Positions 1 through 10,404 are shown, counted from the stretch's first letter. The stretch is DNA of 64,000 nucleotides from an uncultured Clostridia bacterium (GCA_944388755.1 CALXJY010000001.1:14687-78686), one strand, 5' to 3'. Translations and numbers: made by a program. The notes: generated from the sequence alone by a model not told the origin.

Positions 1-570
1 ATGAAATTTTACATTTGCGACCTCATTAAAGTTTGTTGCAACAGGACCAGGACATAGTATTGATATTTTTACATTTGATTTCCTATGTTTTAATTCTTCT
101 CTTATTCCCTCAGAAATTCTTACTATATATGCTTTTGTTGCATAATATGTACTCATTAATGGTCCAGGCATAAAACCAGCTATTGACGCCACATTTAATA
201 TTGTACCACTATCTTTTTTAACAAAATCTTTTAGATATAATTTCATTAAAATATGATATGCTATAACATTTGTTTCTATCATTTTTATTTCTTTATCTAA
301 ATCTGTTTTAGTAAATTCTCCACAATCTCCAAATCCTGCATTATTTACTAATAAATCTATATTAGGTTCTTGTTCATATAAATTTTTACAGGCTTGCTCA
401 TCTGTTAAATCTAGAGATATTATCTTTACATTTCCATTTATCTCTTTTGCTACTTTTTCTAGTTTTTGTTTATCTCTTGAGACTAGAACAAGATCATATC
501 CCTTTTTACTTAAATTTTTTGCAATATCTCTGCCTATTCCTGATGAAGCCCCTGTTACCAATGCTCTCAT
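1..570 (-). CDS. SDR family oxidoreductase (C-terminal end cut by window edge)
   Basis: The open frame runs off the window, so it is absent from the ORF track. Translation from ATG (568-570, minus) gives MRALVTGASSGIGRDIAKNLSKKGYDLVLVSRD...NNAG...YYATK. This has the TGxxxGIG Rossmann motif, NNAG and the YxxxK catalytic motif. GGAGG RBS at 579-583. Confidence 0.8.
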   Translation of the reverse strand, partial: MRALVTGASSGIGRDIAKNLSKKGYDLVLVSRDKQKLEKVAKEINGNVKIISLDLTDEQACKNLYEQEPNIDLLVNNAGFGDCGEFTKTDLDKEIKMIETNVIAYHILMKLYLKDFVKKDSGTILNVASIAGFMPGPLMSTYYATKAYIVRISEGIREELKHRKSNVKISILCPGPVATNFNEVANVKFH

Positions 571-587
571 AGAATTATCCTCCTTTT

Positions 588-637
588 TATGTAACCGCGT
601 TTTTTATCGGTTTAATATAGCCAAAATTGTAATTATT
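588..637. repeat. Intergenic repeat family B, copy 1 (TATGTAACCGCGTTTT...GCCAAAATTGTAATTATT)
   Basis: Shares both ends (TATGTAACCGCGTTTT and GCCAAAATTGTAATTATT) with the copy at 719-769. The 3' half also matches 19309-19343. Confidence 0.7.
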
Positions 638-718
638 ACCTTTCACTTTGTACGTTGGAAAAGAATTAAATTTTGGCAAGGAAAGCCTTATTTAAAAGGC
701 AAGGGCGCATACTCTTTG

Positions 719-769
719 TATGTAACCGCGTTTTAAATGAGGTTTGACGTAGCCAAAATTGTAATTATT
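719..769. repeat. Intergenic repeat family B, copy 2
   Basis: TATGTAACCGCGTTTTAAATGAGGTTTGACGTAGCCAAAATTGTAATTATT. Direct repeat of 588-637, 131 bp away. AAATGAGGTTTGACGTAGCCAAAATTGTAATTATT closely matches 19309-19343. Confidence 0.7.
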
Positions 770-826
770 TTTCAACTTAAAGAAGATGGCTATACTAAAA
801 ACCATCCCCCTTAAACATATACCATT

Positions 827-2068
827 CTATGCTTTTTTGTCAACAATTTTTTGTACTAACATTGAAGACACCGTATCTCCTACAACATTAAGCATTGTAG
901 CTGGTGCATCTATAATTGTTGCTATTATTGTTAATATTGGTAGTGCTGCTACAGGATATCCCATCATTGTGATTATTAACATCTCAGAAATTGTGCCACC
1001 ACCTATTGGTACAGCTGTTACTAATAAATTTGCAAGTAATGCAACTCCTAGTATTTTCATTACATCTCCTGTAGTTGCAATTGTTGTACCAAATAAACAT
1101 ACTAAAAACATTATTTTAAATACTGATCCTAATATTGACCCATCTTTATGAAAACTAGTACCTAATGGTATGGTAGTTTCAGCAATATCATCTGCAACCC
1201 CCATCTTTTTACTACATTCTATATTTACTGGTATACATGCTGCACTTGAACATGTAGCAAGTGAGGTTAATGTTGATGGTAAAACATTTTTCCAAAATAG
1301 TTTTACTCCATTTTTTCCTTGTGCTATAAATGCATAAATAGTATAGATTATAAAGTAATATGCAACTGAAACCACCAAATATATTATAAATGTTTTTAAA
1401 TATCCAACTGCTATTTGACTTCCATAGCTTCCTATTAATGATGCAAAATAGCAACCTAACCCTATTGGTGCATAATACATAATAATCTTTACAATGTTTT
1501 GAACCACTTCATTTGCTGATTCTAATAATTTCTTTACTGGTTCAGCTTTTTCCCCTGACATATTAATAGCTATCCCACATATTATTGAAAATATCAATAA
1601 TGCTATTAAATTATCTTTTGATAAAAGTTTTGAAAAATCATCTACTGTTAATAACTGTACAGTTCTATCTGCTATTGTTAATTCTTCCTCAGATTCTTCT
1701 TTTTCCTCTTCTTGAACTGTTTCTAGTCCTTGTTTAATTTGTTCACCATCTTCTGTGTCTACCAGTTTTACAAAACTTATACTTGCAAAACCAATTATTA
1801 CTGCAATTATTGATGTAATAAGAAAAACTATAATTATTGAAACCATTATTTTTCCAAGTCTTTTTGGGGATTTCATTTTTGAAATTGATGTTGTGATTGT
1901 TAAAAATACGAGTGGGATTATTACTACCAGTAATAGATTTAAAAAAATGTCTCCTAGTGGTTTTAAAATAGTTGCTTTTTCTTGAAATACAATTCCAATG
2001 ATTGAACCAGCAATTACTGCAACTAAAAGTATAATTGCTGTCTTGTAAGTTGATAAAAATTTTTTCAT
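827..2068 (-). CDS. dicarboxylate/amino acid:cation symporter (DAACS / GltP-SstT type)
   Basis: 413 aa and polytopic. The C-terminal region (TCSSAACIPV...IPLGTSFHKDG...VVGDT) has the family pattern of sodium:dicarboxylate symporters. AGAGG RBS upstream of the ATG. Confidence 0.85.
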   Translation of the reverse strand: MKKFLSTYKTAIILLVAVIAGSIIGIVFQEKATILKPLGDIFLNLLLVVIIPLVFLTITTSISKMKSPKRLGKIMVSIIIVFLITSIIAVIIGFASISFVKLVDTEDGEQIKQGLETVQEEEKEESEEELTIADRTVQLLTVDDFSKLLSKDNLIALLIFSIICGIAINMSGEKAEPVKKLLESANEVVQNIVKIIMYYAPIGLGCYFASLIGSYGSQIAVGYLKTFIIYLVVSVAYYFIIYTIYAFIAQGKNGVKLFWKNVLPSTLTSLATCSSAACIPVNIECSKKMGVADDIAETTIPLGTSFHKDGSILGSVFKIMFLVCLFGTTIATTGDVMKILGVALLANLLVTAVPIGGGTISEMLIITMMGYPVAALPILTIIATIIDAPATMLNVVGDTVSSMLVQKIVDKKA

Positions 2069-2162
2069 ATAATACTACCTCTTTTCTCTTAATAAATATT
2101 ATAAGAATTTATAATATTAAAAAGGCAACTAGAAATATATTTATATCTCTAGGATTTTTCTT

Positions 2163-2191
2163 ATTATATAAGTTTAATCTGTTTTTGTCAA
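2163..2191 (-). promoter_or_regulatory. sigma-A type promoter for the symporter gene
   Basis: The minus strand reads TTGACA (2191-2186), an exact 17-nt spacer, then TATAAT (2168-2163). Both hexamers match the consensus exactly, ~95 nt upstream of the ATG. Confidence 0.6.
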
Positions 2192-2194
2192 TAG

Positions 2195-2221
2195 AAAAAA
2201 ATGTAGGTTTTCCTACATTTT
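2195..2221 (-). terminator. rho-independent terminator after the 991-aa gene
   Basis: Minus RNA reads AAAAUGUAGG-AAAA-CCUACAUUUU followed by a U-run. It begins 15 nt after the stop codon at 2237. Confidence 0.75.
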
Positions 2222-2236
2222 CTATCCCAAAATATT

Positions 2237-5212
2237 TTACATTCCTGGCAATTTTTCATTATCATCTGATATTTCTTCTTCAGTTCCTTGAGATTTTATT
2301 TTTTCCTGTTCATCACGCCATTTAGCCATTCTTTCATCTATTTGTTTTAAAGTTTCTTCATCTACCTTAATTTCTCCAGTATATAGTTCATCATCATTTG
2401 GTATTCTATCAGTATGAATTTCTTGTGCTGTAGAGTTTGAAACTACATCATCATTTTCTTCTTCATCAACATAATCATGATCTTCTCCACTTCCTAATAA
2501 TTCAACATTTCCTAAACCATCTTTCAATTTTGCAAATAGTCCTCGTTTTGGAGAATCCATTACAAGCTTACCAATGCCAAGATCTTGGGCATTATTCGCT
2601 ACAATATTTAATCTTTTCTTTTGACCATTTGATAATTGCCCTCCAAATAATGATGATATTCTTCTAAATAAACCTTTTTTATTTAAATCACTAATATTAT
2701 ACATAACATTACAAGCATTTATAGGTTTTTCACCATCTAAAATATAAGCACAATCATCTATATATTCTTTTATCATATTTTCTTTGTCTATTGGATCCAT
2801 TTTAGAACGTGCAATTGCTGTAATTACAAGTGGATCCATCTTTTCCTGTTCTACCAAATCTTTTATTAAATCTCTTGTATGCTTATCATTAAATTTAATC
2901 TCGTTTTCTTCACAAATTCTTTCTAAAGAGCAATACCTTAATTTTTTATTTCTTAATTCCTTCATACATTTTTTTATTGTACGTTTACTTACTTTATATG
3001 TCTTTCCTGAAACACTTGAACATGAAATCTTCGCATCTCTACCTATAATAATAGAATATTTGCTTGGTTTTCTCTCAGAAGCTACTGGCTTACTTCCATC
3101 TTTATTATCCTTGCCATTCTTTACACCTCTTTCATGCACCAATGCTTTTAATCTTTCTTTTATGTCCTTTATATTTTTCTTTACACCCTCATAATAAGAT
3201 TCACTTACAATTCCTTTTACATTTTCTAGTTCAGTATTCAAACCTAGTAACATATTTTTTAGTTCTTCCGCATCACTATATTTAACTCCATTCTTGCTTC
3301 CTTTTTCAATTGCTAAATACTTGTTTCTTAAAGAGATCTCTTTACTTGTAATTCTTTGCATTGCTTCTTTCTTTTCAGACTCTGCATTTTCTTGTGAATT
3401 TTCATGTGCTTTACCATTATTTCCACTGTTTCTCCTATTATATTCATCTATACTTGGATCATAGTTTTTATTTAATATTTCATCCTTTAATTTTTTTAAT
3501 CCTAAATCAGTATTTCCAATTCTTTTTCTTGCATTATCATAAAATTCGTTACCAACTACAGTTTTATAAAATTCTAATTCTGATTTAACTTTATCAAGAT
3601 CTTTAATTACATCTTCTATATCATTTAATTTTATTGTCTCTCCATTAGTAAATTCAGAATATAAATCAACATAACTTCTCCATAAATATTCTAATCTTTC
3701 ATTAAGTACTTTCTTTACTCTACTAGATATACTATTTTTAGAGTTATTATCTGTTTGTGAATACTCCTCATTTTGTGTATTAGGTCTACTTTTTTGTAAT
3801 TTTTCTAATCTTGGTGTTATTTCTTCTTCAAGATATTCTATAGCTTCATTTCGTGTATCAGTATAAATTTTACCATTTAGATATGCTAAGTTCAAATCTG
3901 TTTCCCAGTTTTTTATCATATCATTAATTTCATTTTTTTCTTGCTCTGTCATATTTCCACGCATATCTATAAGCTCAATTCTTTTAGCGATTATTCCTAT
4001 TTTTTCTACTAAATCCTCTAATACACTTTCATCTTCCCCTTTTTGTACATTTTCCTCTTCATTATTTTGTTCTTGATTTGTTTCTGAACTATTTTCTGTT
4101 CTGCCTTCTAGATCTGCTTCTACTTCTCCTATATTTTTAGATATATCTAGAATAATATTACTGTATGTTTTAAATTGAGCTTTAGTAATTTTATCCTTTT
4201 GATACAAGTCATTAATTCCATTAGATAATCTACTAAAATACACTTTAAATTTTTCAAACTCATCTACATTTAAATCGTTGGCATCTAAGTCAGAAGCATC
4301 ACCAAATTCATTACTAACATGCATAAATGTATTTAATATAACTAGTACAGTCTTTCCATCAAGCTTATCTTCAGGATGTTCTATTAAATCTATAAATTTT
4401 TCTAAAGCTTTGAATTTATTTTCATTATCATCTTGTTCTTGCTCATCATTTGTTCCCTGATTATCACCTTCAAAATTTTCCTGTTCTTCCTCATTCTGTC
4501 CATTATCTGTCTCTTGATCTACATAATTTTCACCACTATCTTCTTCATGTTGTTCATCATCTATAGTTTCCTCAGATTCTTGAGTATTTTCTTCAATAAT
4601 ATAATTGTCTATATCTTGAATTTTATATCCTTGTATTTCTTTAATTGCTTCATTATACTCTTTAATATTTTCCATTATAGAACTTTGGTCTTTTAATATA
4701 TCTAATTCATTTTCCATATTAGACAATTGATTTAAAAATTCAGTTCTTCTTTGTTCTGCACCTAGAGATAATTGAACTTTATTTTTACTGTTTTGTTCTA
4801 ATCTTTGGATTCCATCTAATCTTTGTCTATATTCAGCGATTTGACTTTCAAGACTTACAATTCTATCATTTCTATTTTTCATTTCATCATTTAATGCTTC
4901 CTTTTTATTTGTCATTACATCTATTAATTCTTTTTTATATGTCTCAAAATCACTTAAATTTTGTCCTTCCAACTCATGATATCTACTATTTTTTTCATCT
5001 ATTTCTCTTTGTTTATTCTTTATTTGCTCTTCAATAATACCATATGGCACATCAGTAGTAGTATAATTTTGTAGTTCATTTTGCAAACTTTCTCTTTCAT
5101 TTACTAAATTATCAAGTTCATCATGTAAGTTTTGAAATTCTACTATCCTTTCTTTCAAATTCATAAAATCAGCTTTTCTGTTTAATAATTCCTCTTTTAT
5201 TTTTTCTTCCAT
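2237..5212 (-). CDS. hypothetical 991-aa acidic coiled-coil protein with a distinct C-terminal globular region
   Basis: Long uninterrupted ORF with AGGAAA RBS. E/K/N/D/Q-rich heptad-like sequence runs through ~residue 700, including acidic low-complexity tracts (e.g. ETDNGQNEEEQENFEGDNQGTNDEQEQDDNE). The last ~280 aa are Cys-containing and not low complexity. I recognise no family motif. Confidence 0.65.
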   Translation of the reverse strand: MEEKIKEELLNRKADFMNLKERIVEFQNLHDELDNLVNERESLQNELQNYTTTDVPYGIIEEQIKNKQREIDEKNSRYHELEGQNLSDFETYKKELIDVMTNKKEALNDEMKNRNDRIVSLESQIAEYRQRLDGIQRLEQNSKNKVQLSLGAEQRRTEFLNQLSNMENELDILKDQSSIMENIKEYNEAIKEIQGYKIQDIDNYIIEENTQESEETIDDEQHEEDSGENYVDQETDNGQNEEEQENFEGDNQGTNDEQEQDDNENKFKALEKFIDLIEHPEDKLDGKTVLVILNTFMHVSNEFGDASDLDANDLNVDEFEKFKVYFSRLSNGINDLYQKDKITKAQFKTYSNIILDISKNIGEVEADLEGRTENSSETNQEQNNEEENVQKGEDESVLEDLVEKIGIIAKRIELIDMRGNMTEQEKNEINDMIKNWETDLNLAYLNGKIYTDTRNEAIEYLEEEITPRLEKLQKSRPNTQNEEYSQTDNNSKNSISSRVKKVLNERLEYLWRSYVDLYSEFTNGETIKLNDIEDVIKDLDKVKSELEFYKTVVGNEFYDNARKRIGNTDLGLKKLKDEILNKNYDPSIDEYNRRNSGNNGKAHENSQENAESEKKEAMQRITSKEISLRNKYLAIEKGSKNGVKYSDAEELKNMLLGLNTELENVKGIVSESYYEGVKKNIKDIKERLKALVHERGVKNGKDNKDGSKPVASERKPSKYSIIIGRDAKISCSSVSGKTYKVSKRTIKKCMKELRNKKLRYCSLERICEENEIKFNDKHTRDLIKDLVEQEKMDPLVITAIARSKMDPIDKENMIKEYIDDCAYILDGEKPINACNVMYNISDLNKKGLFRRISSLFGGQLSNGQKKRLNIVANNAQDLGIGKLVMDSPKRGLFAKLKDGLGNVELLGSGEDHDYVDEEENDDVVSNSTAQEIHTDRIPNDDELYTGEIKVDEETLKQIDERMAKWRDEQEKIKSQGTEEEISDDNEKLPGM

Positions 5213-5372
5213 ATTTTATTTCCTTTCTGAAGGCATAAATCAAATTGGAATTCATAAAACTGTTATCCCTTCAATAAATTTCCTAGTAGATTTATTTTTT
5301 CACGCTTTATCACTAAATAATATTATAACAAAATTTGACAAAAAACACAATAGTTTTATGTAAATTTATATT

Positions 5373-6740
5373 CTAAAATTCCTGTAGACTTCTCTGTGCA
5401 AGTTTCATATATCTTTCTTTTTTATCTTTAATTCTTTTACCCTCTAATTCAGGTAAAATTCCGAAGTTTGCATTCATTGGAGCGAAATTATCACTGTCAG
5501 TAGAAATATATTTAGCCAATGCACCAATAACAGTATTTTCAGAAAATATAATTTTTCTACAATTTTCACCATTTTTAAATTGTTCTATTGCATTTAATCC
5601 TGCAACCATGCCTGAAGAAATAGATTCAACATAACCTTCAACACCTGTAATTTGACCAGCAAAATATAAATTGTGATTATTTCTAAATCTATATGTTTCA
5701 TCTAAAAGTTTTGGAGAATTTAAATATGTATTTCTATGCATAACACCATATTTTACAAATTCTGCATTTTTTAAGCCAGGTATCATAGAAAATACTCGTT
5801 TTTGTTCACCAAATTTCAAATTAGTTTGAAATCCAACTAAATTATATAAGCTTGCCTTTTTATTGTCTTGTCGTAATTGTACAACAGCATATGGTCTCTT
5901 ACCTGTTCTTGGATCATCAAAACCCACTGGTTTAAGAGGTCCAAAGCGTAATGTATCTATTCCTCTTTTAGCCATAATTTCTATTGGCATACACCCTTCA
6001 AAAATTTCTCTTTTCTCAAAATCATGTAATGTAACTACCTCTGCATCTATTAATTCTTTACAAAAATCCTCATATTCTTGTTTGCTAAAAGGCAAATTTA
6101 TATAACTATTTTCTGAACAATTATTAATTCTTTGCTTCCATTGTTCAATTGTCTCATCTTTTTTCTTTTCTTGTACATATCTATCTCCATAAAAAGCAAT
6201 ATCAAAATCTATACTATCTTTTAAAACAATAGGTGCTACCGCATCATAAAAATATAATTTATTTTGTCCTGTTATTTCTTGTATTTCTTTTGCAAGCTCA
6301 TCAGATGTTAAAGGTCCAGTACATATAATTGTAATATTGTTCTTTATTAAATCTTTTACCCTTACATCTTCTCCAACATTACATTCTATTACATCTATAT
6401 ATTCATTTTTTCTAATTTCTTCTGTTACCTTTTTTGCAAAAATATCTCTATCAACTGCTAAAGCTTGCCCTGCAGGTACACTTGTCTCATCTGCAGTTTT
6501 TATAAGTAATGAATCTAATCTCCTTAGTTCTTCTTTTAATAATCCACATGCATTTGTAAGTAAATTTGATTTTAGTGAATTACTACATACAATTTCTGCA
6601 AAATTAGGATTTGAATGTGCAGGCGAATATTTAGTGGGTTTCATTTCATATAATTTTACATTTATTTTTTGTTTTGCAATTTGATATGCTACTTCTGATC
6701 CAGCCAAACCAGCCCCAATAACATTTATATGTTTTTCCAT
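5373..6740 (-). CDS. trmFO: methylenetetrahydrofolate--tRNA-(uracil54-C5)-methyltransferase TrmFO
   Basis: N-terminal FAD-binding motif INVIGAGLAGSEVA, length ~455 aa, and family-typical FAGQITGVEGYVES. The start is most likely the ATG at 6740 (MEKHINV); the ORF-track start at 6752 is a GTG. Confidence 0.9.
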   Translation of the reverse strand: MEKHINVIGAGLAGSEVAYQIAKQKINVKLYEMKPTKYSPAHSNPNFAEIVCSNSLKSNLLTNACGLLKEELRRLDSLLIKTADETSVPAGQALAVDRDIFAKKVTEEIRKNEYIDVIECNVGEDVRVKDLIKNNITIICTGPLTSDELAKEIQEITGQNKLYFYDAVAPIVLKDSIDFDIAFYGDRYVQEKKKDETIEQWKQRINNCSENSYINLPFSKQEYEDFCKELIDAEVVTLHDFEKREIFEGCMPIEIMAKRGIDTLRFGPLKPVGFDDPRTGKRPYAVVQLRQDNKKASLYNLVGFQTNLKFGEQKRVFSMIPGLKNAEFVKYGVMHRNTYLNSPKLLDETYRFRNNHNLYFAGQITGVEGYVESISSGMVAGLNAIEQFKNGENCRKIIFSENTVIGALAKYISTDSDNFAPMNANFGILPELEGKRIKDKKERYMKLAQRSLQEF

Positions 6741-6774
6741 TAATACTCTCACACCTTTCCAGTTGTTTTTTCAT

Positions 6775-6819
6775 AACGTGTTTTCTCTATTAGAAAAGTC
6801 AGCATGACTTTCCTAATAG
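6775..6819. repeat. Palindromic repeat family A, short form (AACGTGTTTTCT-CTATTAGAAAAGTCA-GCA-TGACTTTCCTAATAG)
   Basis: 15-bp inverted arms with one A.C mismatch (G.U in the minus transcript). The core is identical to 39253-39285. Sits between the SNF2 stop and the trmFO start. Confidence 0.8.
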
Positions 6820-6845
6820 GGAAGAAAATAATGCACTTAATTCAT

Positions 6846-9800
6846 CTAACTAAATAATTTCATAATATCTTCCTTTGATAATTTATTTACAAATGTTGTT
6901 TTTGTACTAAGCATATTTTGAGCAAGTTCTGATTTTCTCTTTTGCAACTCATAAATTTTTTCTTCAATCGAATTTTTTGTAATAAGTTTATATACTTGTA
7001 CATTATTTTTTTGTCCAATCCTGTATGCCCTATCTGTAGCCTGGTTTTCTGCAGATAAATTCCACCAAGGATCATAATGTATAACCATATCTGCACCTGT
7101 TAAATTAAGACCTGTTCCTCCTGCTTTTAAAGAAATTAAAAAGACTTTTGCATTATTTGTTTCATTAAATTCATCTACCATTTTTATTCTTTCATCAACT
7201 TTTGTACTTCCTGTAAGTTTAAAATAATTAATATTTCTAGCTCCTAATTCTTTTTCCAATAAATCAAACATAGATGTATATGTAGAAAAGATTAATATTT
7301 TATGTCCCGCTTCTGTTGCATCTTCCACGATTTCCATACATTGATCTAATTTACTGCTATGTCCTTTATAGTTTTCTATAAACAATTTTGGATGACAACA
7401 TATCTGTCTAAGCCTTGTAAGTAATGCCAATATTTTGATTTGACTTTTTTCAAATCCATTATTTTCTATTTCATCTGCTAATTCTTCTTTTGCCTGTGCT
7501 AAATAAGTTAAATACAACTTTTCTTGTTCTTCATCCATCTCATTATTTAAAACAGTAACTGTCTTTTCAGGTAACTCTGTTAATACTTCCTTTTTAGTCC
7601 TTCTTAATATAAAAGGTTCTATAAGCATTTTTAATTTTTTTAAAGATTTTTCATCTTCATCTTTTACAATAGGTGTCTCATATTTTGTTTTAAAATCTTT
7701 GTAATTAAACAAATATCCTGGCATTATAAAATCAAAAATTGACCATAATTCTGCAAGTGAATTTTCAATAGGTGTACCTGTTAATGCAAATCTAGACATA
7801 GATTTTATCTGTTTTATGACTTTTGCATTTTGTGTAGTACTATTTTTTAAGTATTGTGCTTCATCTGCTATCGCATATCTAAAGCTATATTCCTTATAAT
7901 ATTGGATATCTCTTTTTAATAAATCATATGATGTAATTATTAAATCATATTTATCGATATTTTCAATTAATCTTTTTCTTTCTGCTGAAGTTCCCCTAAT
8001 TACTTGTACTTTCAAATTAGGAGCAAACTTCTTTGCTTCATTAAGCCAATTAAGAGTTAGAGAACTTGGAGATACTACAATACTAGTTTTACTATCATTA
8101 CTCTCTTCAATATATGATAATATCACAGATAAAATTTGAACTGTTTTACCAAGTCCCATGTCATCTGCTAAAATACCACCAAAATGGTAAGCATCTAATG
8201 TTCTAATCCAATTATAGCCAGTTTTTTGATAGTAGCGCAATTTAGCATTTAATGTTTTTGGCAAATCATATTCATCTTCCAACATATCCTGGTTTAAATT
8301 ATTTATTATATTTTTATATTCCTGATTTTTTATTATTTCTGTACCTTTAATACCTTGTAACAATTGGTTTAAATATAAACTTCTATTAACAGGTAATTTA
8401 ATCTCACCTTCTTCTAAATCTTTGTAGTCTAGACCCATTCCTCCTACTAATTTGTCAAAAAAAGCTATTTCTTTATTATCTTCTAAATCCAAAAATGTTC
8501 CATTCTTTAACCTGTGATACTTCTTTTTTAATTTATATTTTGACATTATATCTTTTAATTCTTTAATATCAAACTCTATCTTACTTAAATCTATTGTTAA
8601 TAAATCATTCTCTACCTTTACTCCTAAACTACCTATCTTAGGTTTTACAACCTCTTTAGATTTAAAATTATCTGTTACTAATACCTCAAATTTTTGCATA
8701 TAATATGTAATATCATTTGTTAGAAAATTATAAATCTTATCATCATCAGGTAATATAAACCTTAAGTTCTTTACATCAAACATAAATCCTGTTTTTCTAA
8801 AAATATTAAAACTTTGAGTTTCCTTTACAATATCTCTTGGTACACTTGGCTTATTTTTTTCATCTAATGGATTAAATTCGTAATTTCCATAGCAAAATCT
8901 TACATCTGCAATAATATAATCATTTTTATCAAAATCCAAAAATAATTTAACCTGCAAATTTTCTGGTGTATACTTTTTTATTAATTTATCATCTATATTC
9001 CCCATAATAATTGCATTTTTTACTTTTGGTATAACAATAGAAAATAATAATGATAAATCACTTTCTTTTAAATGTAATTCAGTTACATAATTCTGTCTAA
9101 AACTTTGTAATAACTTTAAATTAGTATTTTCAAATTCTTTTGTTAATCTACAAAGTCTGTCTTGTTGTAGAATATATTTATATCTTCTCCCTTTTAGTAA
9201 ATTACATTTAAATACATCTTGATTTGGTACAATTACATAATCTACTTCATCTTTATTTAATATAAATTCTAAATTTGGATTTCCATCTACAAATTCTATA
9301 TATTCTTCTGTATAATCTCTTTGAAATTTAACTTCTCTTCCTTTTAAAATTTCAAACAAATCATCTAGACCAGTATTACTAACTATAATTGTGTTATCAC
9401 TTAGGGCGTTTCCATAATATCTATAATTACTATTTGAATTTGAATTTGCATATTTAATTATCTCTGCATATTTTAATATAAAGTCTAACAATGGCCTATC
9501 TTTTTCCACAAATGATTCTCTAGTGTGAATAAATTGCAACTTATCCCCATAATGATAAAAACCTTTATTTAACATTCTATCATAAAATTCTGATAAAGAT
9601 TTCAATTTATATAATCTCTTATCTCCAATTTTAAATTCAATCTTCATGTCATTAGTAAATTTATCATATATAATTTTAGGTTCTATATTTATAGTTCCTT
9701 TTGATTTTACAATCTCTTCTTTATCATCATCTATAGTTTCTACTTCCTCATTATAGAAATTATTTACAATTTGTCTAAAGCTCCTATATTTCACTTCTTG

Positions 9801-10157
9801 ACTTTCTAAATCCATGGCTTGTTTTTCTTCTTTATCTATTTTATTTTTTATTTCATCTTCTTCTAGTTTATTAAAGGCTATAACTGTTGCCAAAGAATGT
9901 TTACAAACCCCATAATGTTTTTTGTAATCAGGACATGTACATGAAATATCTTCTATCTCACCTCTTTGAACAGATACAAAAGTAACATATTTTTCTGTAC
10001 CATTAACATTTGCTTTTAATTCAAAATTATTCTTGTCATTATATTCAGTATTTAGAAATTCCACTTTTCTTGAATTAACATATTTTATTGCTCTTATTGT
10101 CCTTTCTGTTCCTGCATCTTCTTTTAATTCCAACAAAATATTAGGATTTATTTGCAT
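6846..10157 (-). CDS. SWIM zinc-finger / SNF2-family helicase (YwqA-like)
   Basis: SWIM motif CTCPDYKKHYGVCKHSLA near the N-terminus. SNF2 motifs LADDMGLGKT (I) and DEAQYLKN (II), with a C-terminal helicase domain (LISLKAGGTGLNLTGAD, QATDRAYRIGQ). The start is most likely the ATG at 10157 (MQINPNIL), preceded by AAAGGAGAG. Confidence 0.9.
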   Translation of the reverse strand: MQINPNILLELKEDAGTERTIRAIKYVNSRKVEFLNTEYNDKNNFELKANVNGTEKYVTFVSVQRGEIEDISCTCPDYKKHYGVCKHSLATVIAFNKLEEDEIKNKIDKEEKQAMDLESQEVKYRSFRQIVNNFYNEEVETIDDDKEEIVKSKGTINIEPKIIYDKFTNDMKIEFKIGDKRLYKLKSLSEFYDRMLNKGFYHYGDKLQFIHTRESFVEKDRPLLDFILKYAEIIKYANSNSNSNYRYYGNALSDNTIIVSNTGLDDLFEILKGREVKFQRDYTEEYIEFVDGNPNLEFILNKDEVDYVIVPNQDVFKCNLLKGRRYKYILQQDRLCRLTKEFENTNLKLLQSFRQNYVTELHLKESDLSLLFSIVIPKVKNAIIMGNIDDKLIKKYTPENLQVKLFLDFDKNDYIIADVRFCYGNYEFNPLDEKNKPSVPRDIVKETQSFNIFRKTGFMFDVKNLRFILPDDDKIYNFLTNDITYYMQKFEVLVTDNFKSKEVVKPKIGSLGVKVENDLLTIDLSKIEFDIKELKDIMSKYKLKKKYHRLKNGTFLDLEDNKEIAFFDKLVGGMGLDYKDLEEGEIKLPVNRSLYLNQLLQGIKGTEIIKNQEYKNIINNLNQDMLEDEYDLPKTLNAKLRYYQKTGYNWIRTLDAYHFGGILADDMGLGKTVQILSVILSYIEESNDSKTSIVVSPSSLTLNWLNEAKKFAPNLKVQVIRGTSAERKRLIENIDKYDLIITSYDLLKRDIQYYKEYSFRYAIADEAQYLKNSTTQNAKVIKQIKSMSRFALTGTPIENSLAELWSIFDFIMPGYLFNYKDFKTKYETPIVKDEDEKSLKKLKMLIEPFILRRTKKEVLTELPEKTVTVLNNEMDEEQEKLYLTYLAQAKEELADEIENNGFEKSQIKILALLTRLRQICCHPKLFIENYKGHSSKLDQCMEIVEDATEAGHKILIFSTYTSMFDLLEKELGARNINYFKLTGSTKVDERIKMVDEFNETNNAKVFLISLKAGGTGLNLTGADMVIHYDPWWNLSAENQATDRAYRIGQKNNVQVYKLITKNSIEEKIYELQKRKSELAQNMLSTKTTFVNKLSKEDIMKLFS

Positions 10158-10263
10158 AAATAACTCTCCTTTACGGCTAATTATTATACTATAAATCCTA
10201 ATATTTTTCAAGAGCTTTTAAAACTATTTCATAAATTGTTAAACCCTTTGTATTACATAAGTT

Positions 10264-10404
10264 TTAAGAATCGACTCTACTGTAGTATTCTGCAATAAGC
10301 TCGTCCAATTCTACACTAAGTTTGTAAATGATGTCATAGTCTTCGCCATCTTCAATGCTTTTGTTCAATTTATCTCTTAATTTACAAATTTCATCATTTA
10401 ACAT
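10264..10404 (-). CDS. Spo0E-family aspartyl-phosphate phosphatase-like small protein (46 aa)
   Basis: Below the ORF-track size cutoff. Translation: MLNDEICKLRDKLNKSIEDGEDYDIIYKLSVELDELIAEYYSRVDS. It matches the Spo0E family pattern (I..LR..L ... S.ELD.LI..YY). AAGGAGAG RBS is 8 nt upstream of the ATG. Confidence 0.65.
   Translation of the reverse strand: MLNDEICKLRDKLNKSIEDGEDYDIIYKLSVELDELIAEYYSRVDS

Noticed and set aside
786-1151. 121-aa plus-strand ORF, and the many other ORF-track entries antisense to long minus-strand genes (e.g. 1755-1985, 2784-3194, 14991-15329, 21893-22279, 34909-35379, 54949-55473, 55897-56382, 60129-60641).
   Set aside because: All lie entirely inside, and antisense to, well-supported genes. 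They have low-complexity I/F/L/S-rich translations typical of antisense AT-rich coding DNA, and they lack RBS and family motifs. I treat them as shadow ORFs.
6846-10157. SWIM/SNF2 helicase as part of an anti-phage defence system (DISARM/BREX/Zorya-like).
   Set aside because: It is a lone gene flanked by trmFO and a Spo0E-like gene. No adjacent methyltransferase, nuclease, PLD or other defence partner is present. The architecture matches the widespread housekeeping YwqA-type protein.
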